NCBI GenBank assembly: GCA_037447605.1
Contig: CM074809.1
Span: 3,152,689-3,216,688 of the forward strand
Source: Zygnema circumcarinatum SAG 698-1b
Lineage: Eukaryota; Plantae; Zygnematophyceae
DNA length: 64,000 nucleotides
Direction: 5' to 3'
Part shown: in pieces, positions 12,501 through 25,310 of the stretch
Layout of the letters: every line of letters begins with the position of its first letter
Position numbering within the stretch: position 1 is the stretch's first letter
Notes under the pieces: model-generated
What the model saw: only the letters and a program-made list of their open reading frames with translations
Database searches by the model: none
What the model was told of the DNA's origin: nothing
Position numbers and translations under genes: made by a program

Positions 12501-15500
12501 GTGTGAGGAAACACCTGTAGTTGACATGGAGAACACTGAATCCGAGTCCACACAGGTATGCGTACGGCATCATGAAGCTTGTGGCGGTCACACCATGGGG
12601 TCCCCCATGAGGAACAACAACTAAAGGTTGCAATTCTGACTGTTGATTGTCCGATGAAGGCTGCCGTCTCACAAAAATGGCTTCAAAGGGCTGTTTGGCA
12701 CCTGTTCAGATTCCCATGAGAGCGAAAGGGCTAAAAGAGGTGAGGAGCTGAGAGCTGCTTCGGACATAATAAAGAGTTGCAAGTTTATTGCGTGGAATCT
12801 GAACGATTCGAAATGAAGTGGAGAGCATACCGTCTTGAAGGGGCTGACCTCGCGACACAACAGGAATAGAGACAACTTCAAACTCTGTAGATTTCAGTGC
12901 CATCTCCACCTGCAGGGAAGCAGCCCACTCGATTCCATGTTCAAGTCCTGTGGTTCTTGTATTTGAGACTTATGATTAAAAGAACAAAAGGATACTAACT
13001 ACGTCCTTGGTCTTATCGCCTATTCAATGCGATTTCTCTGCTACAACAAGAATAGATCGCCAGGACTTGCAAGAGTTGACAAGAGTCATCAAGAAACAGC
13101 GAACGAAAACCTGCTGCTTCACTAGAGTAAAAAGCAAACACAAAGATACAGCATTCGTTAGCCCCGAAGCACCCAAATTCCTCCATTTCCTGCTCTTGAC
13201 AATCTTCCAAAACGTGCATCAGACTGTCCCAAGTTGGAAGAAAGCCAAACCTCGTCAGAGTACTCCACATGAGGGGGCGAAATCTCTGACCAGAGCCAAC
13301 CCTCAGCCTTGAGCCATCCTGCGTTGATTCTTCCCAACATCAGCTTGGTCGGACAAGCAGGTGTACTCGCACCTGAAGAGTCACAATACAACCATACAAT
13401 GCTTCACTTCAGACCGACGATAGTCTATCGACTGCAATGCAACTTCTGCATAACAAGGTCGAGAATTCCGAACGAAAGGCATAGCTTATAAACTTAAAAC
13501 AAAACATAAAAAAAAAAAAAAAAAAGAAAAAAAAAAACCCGGTGAGTGAAGTCAAACAGGATGGACAGACAGTCTCCTAGAGACATCTTGATAACAAACG
13601 TTAACTACAGAGGAAGAGGCTCGTTGAGAGAAGTCCTTACCAGCTACCACCACATTGTTCCGAACGTCCAACAAGTTCCATGAAATTGGACCTTCAGGAG
13701 TCAGCCTAGAAACCCTCCCACTGCAATCCCCAACAAAACCCAAATGAGACGTGCCTATTGATGGACCATAGCAACAATAACCTTCCCTTTGTCATCATTC
13801 TAACTGAGTTTGCAAACATGATCCAAAGCATGTGTTGCAGAAGAAGCAAAAAAGTGAATCAGCTGGCAGATGTGATGCCCACCTTTCAACATGAACAGCA
13901 ATGATTGCTTGAGTGCTTCTCCATGACGTTGTCAGCAGCAGAGTCCTGTTATCGGCCAACCAGGGAAAAGCGATCATCGAAGTGCAATACAGTCCTGGAA
14001 ATCCTCCGATTTCTTCAGACCTTGGAACGACGTCAATCTGTAAACAAAGGGCGAGCATCCACCGAAGTCAAAAGTCACAGAGCAAAGATAAATCCAACTG
14101 CATCTCTGAGCTTGAAACTTCAACGTGCAATTACCCCCCTCTTTAACACCAAAGGATTGGTCTTCAACACTCTTTAAGGTAAAGTCAGCCCGATCACCAC
14201 AAAGAATATGAGTCTCAGTACTTGCAGGGTGGTCGAGGTAACTCTCCGTGGACGCTACTTCCCACATACGAGACTTAATCATTAAAATTTTCGTGCAGAA
14301 AGCCACCAAACTGGAGTATTGACCAGCGGATGCAACTCTTCAAAGCACTCAGAAATATGAAAGGAACATCGCAGTTTGTACACGATCAAATTTGTCCACT
14401 TCTAGCATCATAACAGGAGGGGCACCTACGATTGTCTGAATCGGCAGATCAGCCGATGGGGTAGCTGCTATGAGTGGCAGCACCTCCCCGTTGCCGCTCT
14501 CCATGGCCATGGCCGACATCCCTCCCGCGGGAATGACTGCTTCCGGCGGCCATGGCACTGCATGGAGGGAGTTTGTGGCTGCATGGGCTCCACTGTCCAC
14601 TGCTGCATGCGCTGATAGGAACACAAGGAGAGCACCATCCGGACTGCAGAACCCAATTCACAACATAGAACAGGTCAGTATAGAGAAATGTCCTGGCACG
14701 AAAACGATGGGAGAGGACTGGTAATGATTCTAAACTAAGTGGGCTCTTTAGGACTTCCTTGTGGCTTGATCACTTGAACCCTGAGCAGCAATGACCGCTT
14801 GCAGAGAATTTGTACTGTTGAGAGGATTCCACAATGTAGAACAACAACAGGGTCTGTACATTGACCCTTTGAATATGGGAAAGAACAAAGCTTAAAATGT
14901 TTCACGAATATTTGAAGACACCACCCACAAACTGGGGAAAGATCGAGCCCCTTTGGATAGCGAAGCAACATTGCCAAAGTCTGTCTGTTGTGCCATATAA
15001 ACATACTGAAACTGATTTCCTATGAAGGGCACAGAAAACCAAAGGTGAAAATGTGCAAGAAAAAAACCTGAATCGCGGGGCGAATGCACTGCTGATGCCA
15101 TTTGTCAATTTAACAGATTCTGCACCTCGTGAATAGCTGCCACATCCAGAGGCACAGCATGAGTCAATTCATGACCATTGGTATTCACCTATTTCCATAT
15201 GTGCACAACGAGGATAGGAGACTACCTAGTTAACATGCTTCTTACATTGGTTCAATCTTAAACAACCTTTCAGTAACTTTGCTCCATTCTTGAACAACAG
15301 TTTGCAAACGAAAAGACCTACTGTTTCGAGGATTTGAAATTCAAAAGTAGACATCGATTCATGGCCAGCAGCCACTACGTTTCAAAGGCTACATGTACAA
15401 GCTGTGACCCAAATTGATTCAAAAGTAACTGAAAGGAAACACGTATGTACTGTTGCTAACTTACACAGGTGTTGTAGGTGAAGCTCCGGGAACAGAAACC

Positions 15501-18371
15501 GAGTAAAGGGCACAAGGGCGATTGAAACAATAAACCATCCCTAGCCTCTTGTGCGTTCCAAAGTTTGTGGCATATGAAGACCAGCCTACATACACGAGAG
15601 TGTCTTGAAATCCCCCCAAAGGTGGGCCCCACACCACCTGCCCTGCACTGACACCGGCTGGAATACCTTCCACAGATTGAACTGTTCCGCTGGCAACATT
15701 CACAAAGGGAGGGGAAAAACGTCAGCATAAGTCTGAAGGAAACGCTTAGCACTATCCATAGTAAGAAACAAAAATAACAAGCAGGCAATTACGGGGCTTC
15801 CTGCAAACTAGCAGAAAGTAGCATCCTATACACTTAAGGCTGTACAAAGTTACATGAATCCTGTAAGGCGAGCGAAGAACAGAGTTTTGAGCATCGGAAT
15901 ATGAAGGATCAGCCTTGGGCTTTGAAAATTTATGGTAGCTATCTGATTCTACAGTATTGTGGCACCGCTGACAACAAAGGTGAGAAACGTAATTCTTATC
16001 TTTCATCCATTCGGAAAAACAAAAACTATCTCTGTGTGATATATGAGAGGAACAGATCTTTCATCTACATCGCTTTCACTTTCTCGCGAGACATTTGTCT
16101 TTCCCTTATGAGGTTGTGTGATTGATAACCACGTTGCGCAGTTTGCAGTAAAAACTACTACGATAACTGTCCGCTTTCAGGAAGCAATGGGTAATCCTAA
16201 AGATTTCGATCACAATATTGTTTTGGGATAACCATGTCAATTCCTAGTTTCATTCAGCCGCCCAGGTTTCAAGTTTTAAGATGTCAACATTATGTCTGAT
16301 GGTGTGATCTAAAACCAATTGACCCCATCAAGGTGATCGTAACTGCTTGCACATTTCTACTCTCAAAATTTCTAGGTGTCGATCAAGGGCATGATGTCTG
16401 CTCAATCTAGAACAGCTCAAGCGCATGCCGAGCTAGAATCCCACTCAACTACACCAAGTCAACATAGAAACAGACTTCTCTTGTCAGATATTATGTAAAA
16501 AGTAACTGATGTTGTGGTTTGGGTACATACTCCAACGTGTCAAGCAAGTAGAGAAGCGGCCTCCCCTTCCCTGTGTACCGCTCTCCCCAGTCTTCTTGCC
16601 AGGGTCCCCTCCCCTTCCAAGTACCCGCCTCCGAAAGGCTTTCACTAACAACGGGCTTTTCAGATTTCAAACCCTTTACTTTAGTCGTAAACCCAGGAGT
16701 CGACGATAGCGACGTTTTGGATGAGTTTTGTCGGCCAAAAACAGGCCGAGACTTTTGAGGCTCCTCTGCCACATAAGCAACTTTAGTTTCATCCATACTC
16801 CACGAAACGCCCTCAAACCTGCGACAGAACCGGAAGGAATTATTCACTCACTGAATTACTCATTTCTGACCAGCCCCTCATTTCATTCCGCAATGAGTGC
16901 GCATGCAATGCATAGAAACGTCTACTCATGGGGACAAGGATGACAAACGATAAGAAAGGAGCCATGAACTTGCATTGGCTCTTGTGTCCTGGTGAGTTTT
17001 TCACACATTCCAGAATGCATGCCAAGAAGGAAGAAGCTGAAGAAATATGAAAAACACCCATTTTTGTCACCAAACGACAGGTAAGGGAAACAAGTTTGCG
17101 TATCCTCTACTTCAAGCCTTCTTGCAGCATGTGGAGGCGGCAAATGAAAGAAAGGATAACAGCAAGCCTAAGTCCAGACTTAATCATGGAGTTTACTACT
17201 AGAAATAAATGACAAATTTCACGGCCGGGCACGTGGCCCTTTAAACATAGAGACACAATAACTAAACAGAAAAGAAAAACAAAACAAAAAAAAGACCGAG
17301 GAAATCCTACCAGCCATCATTGTACACTGTTCCGTGTAATGCTTGTGGCACAAATACTTCTTTTAGAAGTCGTCCTGAGCCCCAGATCTCGAACTTGACT
17401 GGACCTGGCTCTTTGCCAGGCTCCCCGTTCTTTACCAAAAGCAGACGGTTACCAGAAGGTGAGGGTACTGCAAGCGAAATTCCGGTCAACTCGAGAGGAA
17501 ATGGAGCCCAGTGGAAAAACGACAGATCACCCTGTGGCTCAGGAATGTGTGCACTGGACAGAAACTTCCGAATACTGTTGCTAGGGAGGTTGCGTTGACT
17601 CATCGCCACCACCACATCAAGGCCTCCTTTCCCTGAAGCACAGAAATGTCAGGTAAAATGTCGCGATCTCTGTTAACAAGTCGACTACCCTAATAAGCAC
17701 AAGAAACACACTTCGTCCAAGTTTGAAACAACCACATACACAGAGTGAATGCTTTGATACAGCCAGTTCCTTCATCTTTCAGCCTGACAACAGACAAATA
17801 ACCTGTCAATGAACCTATTCGGGAGAACCCAGTTCGCATGTGTAAAAAGGTCATACGGGTCGCCTATTTAAAACTAGGGTTCCCGAAATATTTGAAAGTT
17901 TCAAGTACGATTTACTCGTGAGTGGAGGATAGGGATATCTGGAATTGAAAAGGAGAATAATGCTGCTGGTCTAGAGTACAAAAAACCCAAGCTTAATGAA
18001 AAACATCATACACTTGAATGGTGGTGAAGCCAACAAACGGTGGGCACCATTGCAGCTTACTCCCTGGAGACCTTGCCTGCACGAACTCCTGCTTTCACTC
18101 ATGCACCATGATGAATACTCATTGCGGATTGACTCGACTATACTCTCATTTTGGGACTTTCTAAAATTCCATATTTTGGCGGGCATACGCGCGAGAGTAC
18201 TATGAAATAAGTACCTTTATAGCCCGTACCATTGGGAGTCATGCGACACCATGCCTTCTCAATATTGGCTATAGCTGAAAAGGCCTCGAGGAGCTGCTCT
18301 TCTTCCCCGAACTGCGGCTCATCATCTATTGGTGACCCGTTTCCCTCCATCTCTCCTTGCTCTACAGGCAT
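9552..18371 (-). CDS. AARE: Acylamino-acid-releasing enzyme (acylpeptide hydrolase, peptidase S9C); many exons
   Basis: Motifs VPSPSG, HGTVYNDGW.FEGVSWS, EDWGE, VVPHGGPH, VNYRGSLGFGEEALQSLP, GGSHGG (catalytic Ser), RNPVCNL, SPISHASKVKVPTLFLLGGADRRVP (Asp), FPEDNHAIDKPQSEFE (His). Stop TGA at 9552-9554; first in-frame ATG at 18371. Confidence 0.95.
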
Positions 18372-20425
18372 GGATCCGCCTTCTCCTTTGACAGAGTTCG
18401 ATAACTGCAATGTGCCTGCCCGTTCTAGGCCAACGCTTTGGCGCCTTTCAAGAGACCAATTGAGAAACCTGCAGACAAGAAGGAAACGACTTCGACGCGT
18501 TAAGAATGAAAGACGAGTTTCGAAGTAATATTACAAGAAGTAACGAACTTCGACAATAAAGACATGGAAGTTCACAAGATTCATGCATTCCAATGCAGCT
18601 CCTTCGTGCAAGAAAAAATGCGGGGGAGTCTTCCCGATCCCTCACAAACAGCTTCAACGCACTCGGAAATGCTGCTGATCTGCGAAAATCTGAGTAAATT
18701 TGGACCTTCAGAAAAGCTAATGCTGTGCACAGAAAGAAAGGCAGGCCCTCAGAAAAGGGAGTTCTGTTCGAGCTGACAAAAAAAAAAAACAAAGACTATC
18801 AGGCACCTTTTGAAAATCAAAAGTATTCAAACTGCAACTTGCCAACTGCTACTGGACTATCAGATCAACCTCTACAAACATCATGAGCACCTGTTCTGCT
18901 TGTTATCTCTCCCACGAGAACAACGGTTCAGCGATCTGTGCTGCACACAGAGACCCTCCCAGCTTCCAGCAACCCAAGCGCCTTGAGAAGATGAGAGAAT
19001 GCGCGGAAAGTAAGGCTGAAAATGAGAAGAATCCCCGAGATCTGCAAAAAAGAGAGGCCCTCTACGACCTCCCTGTGAGAGGAAGCCTCTCAGGCCGAGC
19101 CCTAGCAGCGCCAGTTGGCTTGCCGGAGTGCAGGACAGCCTTTTTCCCTCCCTCTCTACCTCCCTCTCCCTTTCCCTCTCCCTCCCTCTCCCTCTGCCTG
19201 CCTGCAGCGTCGTCCCTCCTCTCTGTACGGTAGCGGCACAGCCACAGCCCAGAGCAGGTCCCAGACCGGCGGGCCTCTTCGTACACAGTACGGCTCTACG
19301 CGCACATACCTGAGGCCGTGCCGTACAATTCTGGTACAACCGTACACTGTACTTTATGTACGAACGGATGAGCAGGGGCCGTGCATTCGGCGCGTTTCTG
19401 GTGGTGAACGACTGGGACGGGGCGGGAGGGGGCTTCCTTTGGGGCCTAAGAAAGGAAATATTTTACTTCGGGGAAGGTTTGGAATGGGTCGGTCATGTGC
19501 AAACTGATTATATAGGACGATCCTTGAAAAAATAAAAAATAAAAGAGATGATTTTGGCATTGATATGATGGCGATGCCATGGAAGGGAAACAACCTTAAA
19601 GCCTCCACTCTTTCCCCGCGCTTTAAGAAAGAGTATGTGGAGGATGACAGGGAGCTCCTAAAGGTAACAATGCTGGCCAATAGCGGGATCGAGAACCACG
19701 AGTGGCCAGAAGGACCCAAAGTGGGGGACGAGGACCTCAGCGCTCACCGACCAACCACCAAACTGCCTTTTGTCGCAGCGGCGAGGCCAGGGTACAGTGG
19801 CAGGGCCGGTACACGTGTTGGATATCGATTGGTGCCACGTGGAACCACAACCGCTTGCTCAATGTGTGGCCGCCACGTGGAAGAAAATCATTACAGTATT
19901 GGTTATTTTTTTATTTTTTCCGACGGCAAGGATTTCCAATTTGAAACCGTGCGTGCCGGTACCGGATGGCGTACGCATGACGTCAGAAAGTTTTTGGGTT
20001 TGCTTACGTGGCAACGGACCCTCGCGTCCTTGACCCAACGGCGGGAAAAAGTCGGAAACCGCAAGTGTGGCCGAAGTTATTGAACATTTGAAATCGACGA
20101 AAAACCTTCAAGTGTCCGACTAGGAAGAATTTCAGTACCAAGAATTTTTTTTTGTTCGAATTATATGGAGTTCACTTCTTACACACCTTTTTGGATAGAT
20201 ACACACATTTAAAAAATCCCGAAACTCTACCCTAAAATAAGATCTTACCGGCGAAAAAAGGTGTGTATTATTAGCCAAAAAGGTGTGTAAATAGACACTT
20301 AGCATTCTATTTGATTGAACAATTTCCAAAATTCAAAAACCTGCTCAAGCCTTGTGCTGGTTCTGTTGCACAAACCAGGTTTGGACCTTACAAACCAGGT
20401 CTGGACCGTACACCCCGTCCTGGTA

Positions 20426-20921
20426 CACGGGGTCCTCGTCATATTTTCCACCTTCAACAGTGCGTCACCAATAAATTCGCACCGATTTTGCCGAAACCAC
20501 CTTTCCGTACGGTAACTTTGTGTTAGCCGTACTATTCGTACTATCCGTACTAGTCGTACTAGCTTTACTAGCCGTTACGGGCTTACGCAAAACTTCACCT
20601 AATCTCCCCGCCCGTGCCGCCGTAAGAGGCGCTCGCTCTTCTCCCCTTCTTCTTGGTTTCGATACGATACGACAAGATACGATACGACCAGATACGGTAA
20701 TAGCCGTACTATCCGTGCTAACCGTACTAACCGTACTAACCAATACGGTACGATGCGGTACGATATCACAACAAACGATACGATGCGATGCGTACGGACA
20801 CACATGAACACTAACATAATTCCGCTCGCCTATTGGTAACACGGACCTTCTATTTGCCAAAAACAATATTTTCGCCCGGTATTTGCCGAAACCAGGTGGA
20901 AAATATGACGAGGACCCCCTG
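20426..20921. mobile_element. MITE / non-autonomous Tc1-mariner-like DNA transposon, 496 bp
   Basis: 28-bp TIRs with 1 mismatch: CACGGGGTCCTCGTCATATTTTCCACCT (20426-20453) and AGGTGGAAAATATGACGAGGACCCCCTG (20894-20921). TA flanks both ends (20424-25, 20922-23). No credible coding capacity; the interior holds CCGTACTA and GATAC microrepeats. Confidence 0.85.
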
Positions 20922-21161
20922 TAGTTTGCTGCTCCTTCTGGGCGCCAATCACAGCTGACTTCAATTTGGAAAGGTGTGTTACATTGCTGCTGTTGCCCTA
21001 ATCGCGCAAAGTCAAAGCCAAAGCTTAACTCGGGGCTAACCCTAACCCTAAACTCTAACCCTAATTCTTATAAGTCTCACAAGTAACAAGCAGCTTCATG
21101 AGTGGTTCTCCTCCTCGCCTGTGAGAATCCTTTCCAGCAGGAAGCCTTCTCAGCAAGCAGG

Positions 21162-22694
21162 ATGCGCACATGCATATGTGGCGGAGATGGGAGGCTCGAG
21201 ACAGTGAGCTTGATAGGCGAGCCGTGGGAGGGCCCGTCTCGGAGGAAGTGGCCAGTGAAGGTGCCCATTAGAAAGCCAGTGAAGATAGAGCAGCCATTCA
21301 TAGCTTGGCCCTGGAGAAAGGTGGAAAAAGGGCAGGTGGTAAGGACGGAGGTGCGATAAGTGCCTCTTCCACGCTGGTGTGCGCTCATGATGCTCATGCT
21401 GTTTGCATTGGGATGGAGGGATATATGTCAATTGCTGTAGTCCTTGCAAGGTGCTTGTTCGGAGAAGTATGCAGCACGTAAAGATCGTCACAGTGCACAT
21501 TTTTTAACTGGACTTAACTGGTGCGGAGAAGAAATTCACGTTTATGTTTGGTGTTTGGCTTTGCTCTGCGGCGGGTCCTTTGGATAAGCGTTGCGATCAC
21601 AATTGAATAGGTTTGGGCGCAAGCCTGAACAATTCGATTTTGATCCTCTTAACTGCCTTAGATTAAGTACATCGACTCTATTGGTCTTAACCACATTACT
21701 GAAAGTGACAGTCCTGAGAGATTATGTCCCGTTGAAAACATGCCGACTTCTACGTCAAGTAGGTGTTGAAGAATGAAGAGTCTCTCCGATGCTGCACAGG
21801 TTTCTTGGGCTCTGGGATGCTTCCTAGACTAGTGTTTGATGACTTATTGGGCTGAAATAAACGAGAAATCGAGTAGTTCTCACCTAAGCCTTTTTTTAGT
21901 CTTTCGAAGGGTTGTCAGCAAGTTTGTACCAGTGTAATGTCTTTGCAAGAATAAAGCACAGCTGGAAGGAGGCATTTTGCATATCATGCGAGCTGGTACT
22001 TCCCTCTTGCCGCTGAATGATGTTCCAGGAGTCTTGATGATTGTTTTGGAATTTTTGAATTCGACATGTTGGCATTGTTACCCATGCCTTACGTCTGTTT
22101 GTGGCAGTCAGAGGTGAAGAAGTATACAAGGCCCATCCCCGATCCACCATGTGTTATCTGTAGAGGACATGGACGCATCAAATGTGAATGCTGCCAGGGC
22201 CGAGGTGAGTGAGAGATCCATACCATCCATGTCTTTTCCTTCTTGGCGGATAAAGTTACCGAATATTTCAGATTCTCACTCCATGTATTGCCACCTTCTA
22301 CTGATGTAACAAAGTCGATATGCGTTGCAGGGAGAACGAATTTCATAGAGTTGGTATTCCTTCCCAAGGGAGTGTGGCCCAAATGGTAAGCTCAACATAA
22401 GGAGGTTTGAGTTGTGGAGACCAATTGATCACTTCTCTTACAAATCGGTGCAGGCATTCGTTACGTTAGACATGCCCTGCTCTGGTACGATTGGGATAGG
22501 CAAAGACTGCGCACTTAAAAGCTCGCGAGTTTCAAGCCGACATGTCTGTGCTCGTCTGTGGCAGGTGCTGGTATTGCAGAGGGAGTGGCTTGAGTTACTG
22601 CTCCCGCTGTATGGGCACAGGGGAGAAGCGCGGCATGATAGGCTTCCACGTGGATGTGCAGGATGTCTCCTCAAAGGCGAAGATGACTTCATAG
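21162..22694 (+). CDS. DnaJ/Hsp40 cysteine-rich zinc-finger domain protein (DnaJ-like, lacking J domain; probably plastid)
   Basis: Spliced: ...PDPPCVICRGHGRIKCECCQGRGRTNFIELVFLPKGVWPKWCWYCRGSGLSYCSRCMGTGEKRGMIGF. This contains four CxxCxGxG repeats. Exons are approximately 21162-21350, 22107-22205, 22331-22385 and 22565-22694; the start is tentative. Confidence 0.85.
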
Positions 22695-23021
22695 CCCTTT
22701 CAATTGTACTAAAAACGTGATTAGCCCGTGAAGGCTAGAGCTTCAATCCAGTAAATAGAAGTCATAAAAAAATAATTCTTAGGAAAATAAGGCAGGGGTA
22801 GGGGTCGGGGGTCGCATGAAGTTCTGGCAATTGCTTCTTTGTCAAGTTCAATGTCAATATAGGGTTTTAAGGACGATCAAGTCCTAAATCTCCTCCAGAA
22901 ATAATCGTAAAAAACCGTATCGCTCAACACTACGTTCCTGAAAACTGTATTTTTTGGGTCACTCTTTCCTTACGGGTCTACGACCCCTTGCAGGATTCAC
23001 TCCGCAGGGCTGATCCCTGCA

Positions 23022-25310
23022 TTAGATGGTTGCGCCCCCATTGAGAAAGGGCAGCAAACTGTCCGTGAGCCAGCAGGGATCAAGCACACCCCTAGGCACT
23101 TTGGAGAGCTGGAACTCCCAAAAGCATTCAGCCCCACCCACGTCGATGGTTTTGACTAGGACAGTCGACCGTGGTATTGAGCTCTGCAACGGGAGTGGCA
23201 GACTTGCATCTGACATCTTGGTTTGGATAATTTCATAGCCTGATAAATCTATCAATGAGGGATACCTGCAAGGATGCACCAAAATCAAAGTCAAGATCAG
23301 AGTAACCCTCCCTACTCCAGCTCCTCAGTTCCTGCAACCGTCTACCAGGCGAGCGTGCAATCATGTTCTGACTCCGGTGTTCGACTGAAGTTAGCTGGTT
23401 GAGGTCGATTCTGACCTTGTTTTGAACTTTAGGGCGAAGTGGCCAAAATGGTATAGGTCAGCTGCAAACCCAAAGTAGCGTGGTAACGAATTGCCCTCAA
23501 AGGTACCGCTTGCATTAGCAAAATAGTAAAGAACCTGAACAAAAGCAGCCGCAAAAATGGAGTGAGAGGGAAGAGAACACCACGCCATGCAATAAGGAAA
23601 GGAGCAACTGTCAAGTAGGAAGCTTACAGAAAACATTCTCTCAGAAATGACGTCAGTGCAAACATTCTTCCAAAAACAGTTTGAAACCACAGACTAAATC
23701 TCCTCTCTCAATCTCTGCCATCAAGCAAATTGTGACCTAACAATTGTGACAACATGCTGTAAATAAATGAGTATCAGACCTCCAATCCATGGTCAGCTCG
23801 CGGTTCATCGTTGGTAGAAAGAGCCTTTAACTGCTCTTCTACTGCCTCCTCTGCAGACAGCTGCTCTTCCCATCATCTCCCAAAAACGGTTTCACATATC
23901 AACATGACATCAATCAATGCCTCATCTGGATAGTACTAAATCTTCTTCTGCATTGAACAACAGAATGATACAAAAAACATGATAAAAAATGGAAGAATAA
24001 GCTTTCCGAGAGGTCGCTTATGGAGGTAATCATGTTTCGCTAGTCAAAGAGCGGACAAATGGTAGCAAGTGGTGAGAGACGAAGGGTGGGGAGACTCATG
24101 CGAGCTGCAGCAGAAAGAGACAGAGCTCAAGCAGATAAAGAGGAAGCCGAGGGAGAGGAGCTTATTGGGTTGCAGCATATCGGAAAATGACTTCTGCCAG
24201 AATAGAAGTTGAAAATGAAAATGAAATGAAACATCAGCCCTGGATATCATATCAAAGTAAAATGCTCAAGGCAGCCAATTTAAGACTGTTTCAGAAGGAC
24301 AGAACGAACCTCAGGTGATGGCTTAATCAGAGGTCCAGAGATTGCAGCATCGTTTCGTTGAACACTGTTCTGTCATTTGAAGATCCAACAGGAGACTGGA
24401 GGTCAACATAAAAGGTCTCTGGGGCGCCTGTGACAGGTGGATGATAAGCCGAAGGTAAACAAACGAAGGAAAACAAATTCCAAATAGCGTTTCCTGAACA
24501 AAGGATAGCGATTCCCTCTCCTTTAACTAAGGTCAAAGAAGACACCACCGAATCTGTCCCTCCTGCGTATGCTTGTTGCACATTCAAAATGGCTGTAACT
24601 GAGAAACCATAAAGCCTACTGCAAACTTCTCTCACGAATGTGACCAGGCTAGACCAGACAAGCATCGCAGCATCGCAGATTAGACATGGCGAACGGAATA
24701 GAAGCTTATAGGTACATATATAGCTTATATAGCTTACAGCTTATAGCTTTTAATACGTCAGCTTAGAGCCTTCGCGTCCGTTGGTGATCTTCCGATGCAG
24801 ATTAGCAAATGGTAGTCATCAACTTCTTTATGATAAAAAAAGGAACGTATCCTTATGTCTGCAATTTTTCCGTGCTGAAGGTCACTGCTAGTCAGAAGTT
24901 CTGCATTCTATCGCTTCAGGAGTCATGTTCCGTGTGCTTTACCTAGCCCCATGGTCATGCACAGCTTGAATTTTCGACAATAACCGTCTATTTCGGAAAT
25001 AGCCGTCTCCACGTTGCGTCCTTTTGCACAAACTCACAGATACAGCTCCTTCACATCTACCGCTTAACATCGATTTAATCAAGCAGCTCTCCATTCCATT
25101 GCAACATTTTAAAGGAACGACAGCGCCTGTAACCAACTTTGCACAGTGTTGCACTTGATAACTGCCTGTAGCATCCCGTGGCTGCAACTGAAAGCTGCTA
25201 AAAAACGAAAACTTCCAGAGGAATGGCTGTCTGGAGGCCACATCGTAGGGAGAGAGCGCGGAAAACAGGCCATGGCTGGGCGAGGGCATCATCACGCTTC
25301 CTGCTGCCAT
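23022..25310 (-). CDS. Uncharacterised protein with transit-peptide-like N-terminus and DUF4864-like domain; 5 exons
   Basis: In-frame splicing gives KPSPELSAEEAVEEQLKALSTNDEPRADHGLEVLYYFA...YFGFAADLYHFGHF...YPSL...FWEFQLSK...CWLTDS. This matches my recollection of the PxPxLSxEExVxxQLxALxxNDxP family. The DUF name is from memory. Confidence 0.7.

Noticed and set aside
19565-20083. 172-aa + ORF between AARE and the MITE
   Set aside because: No recognisable domain, and it runs through G-box-rich promoter-like DNA.
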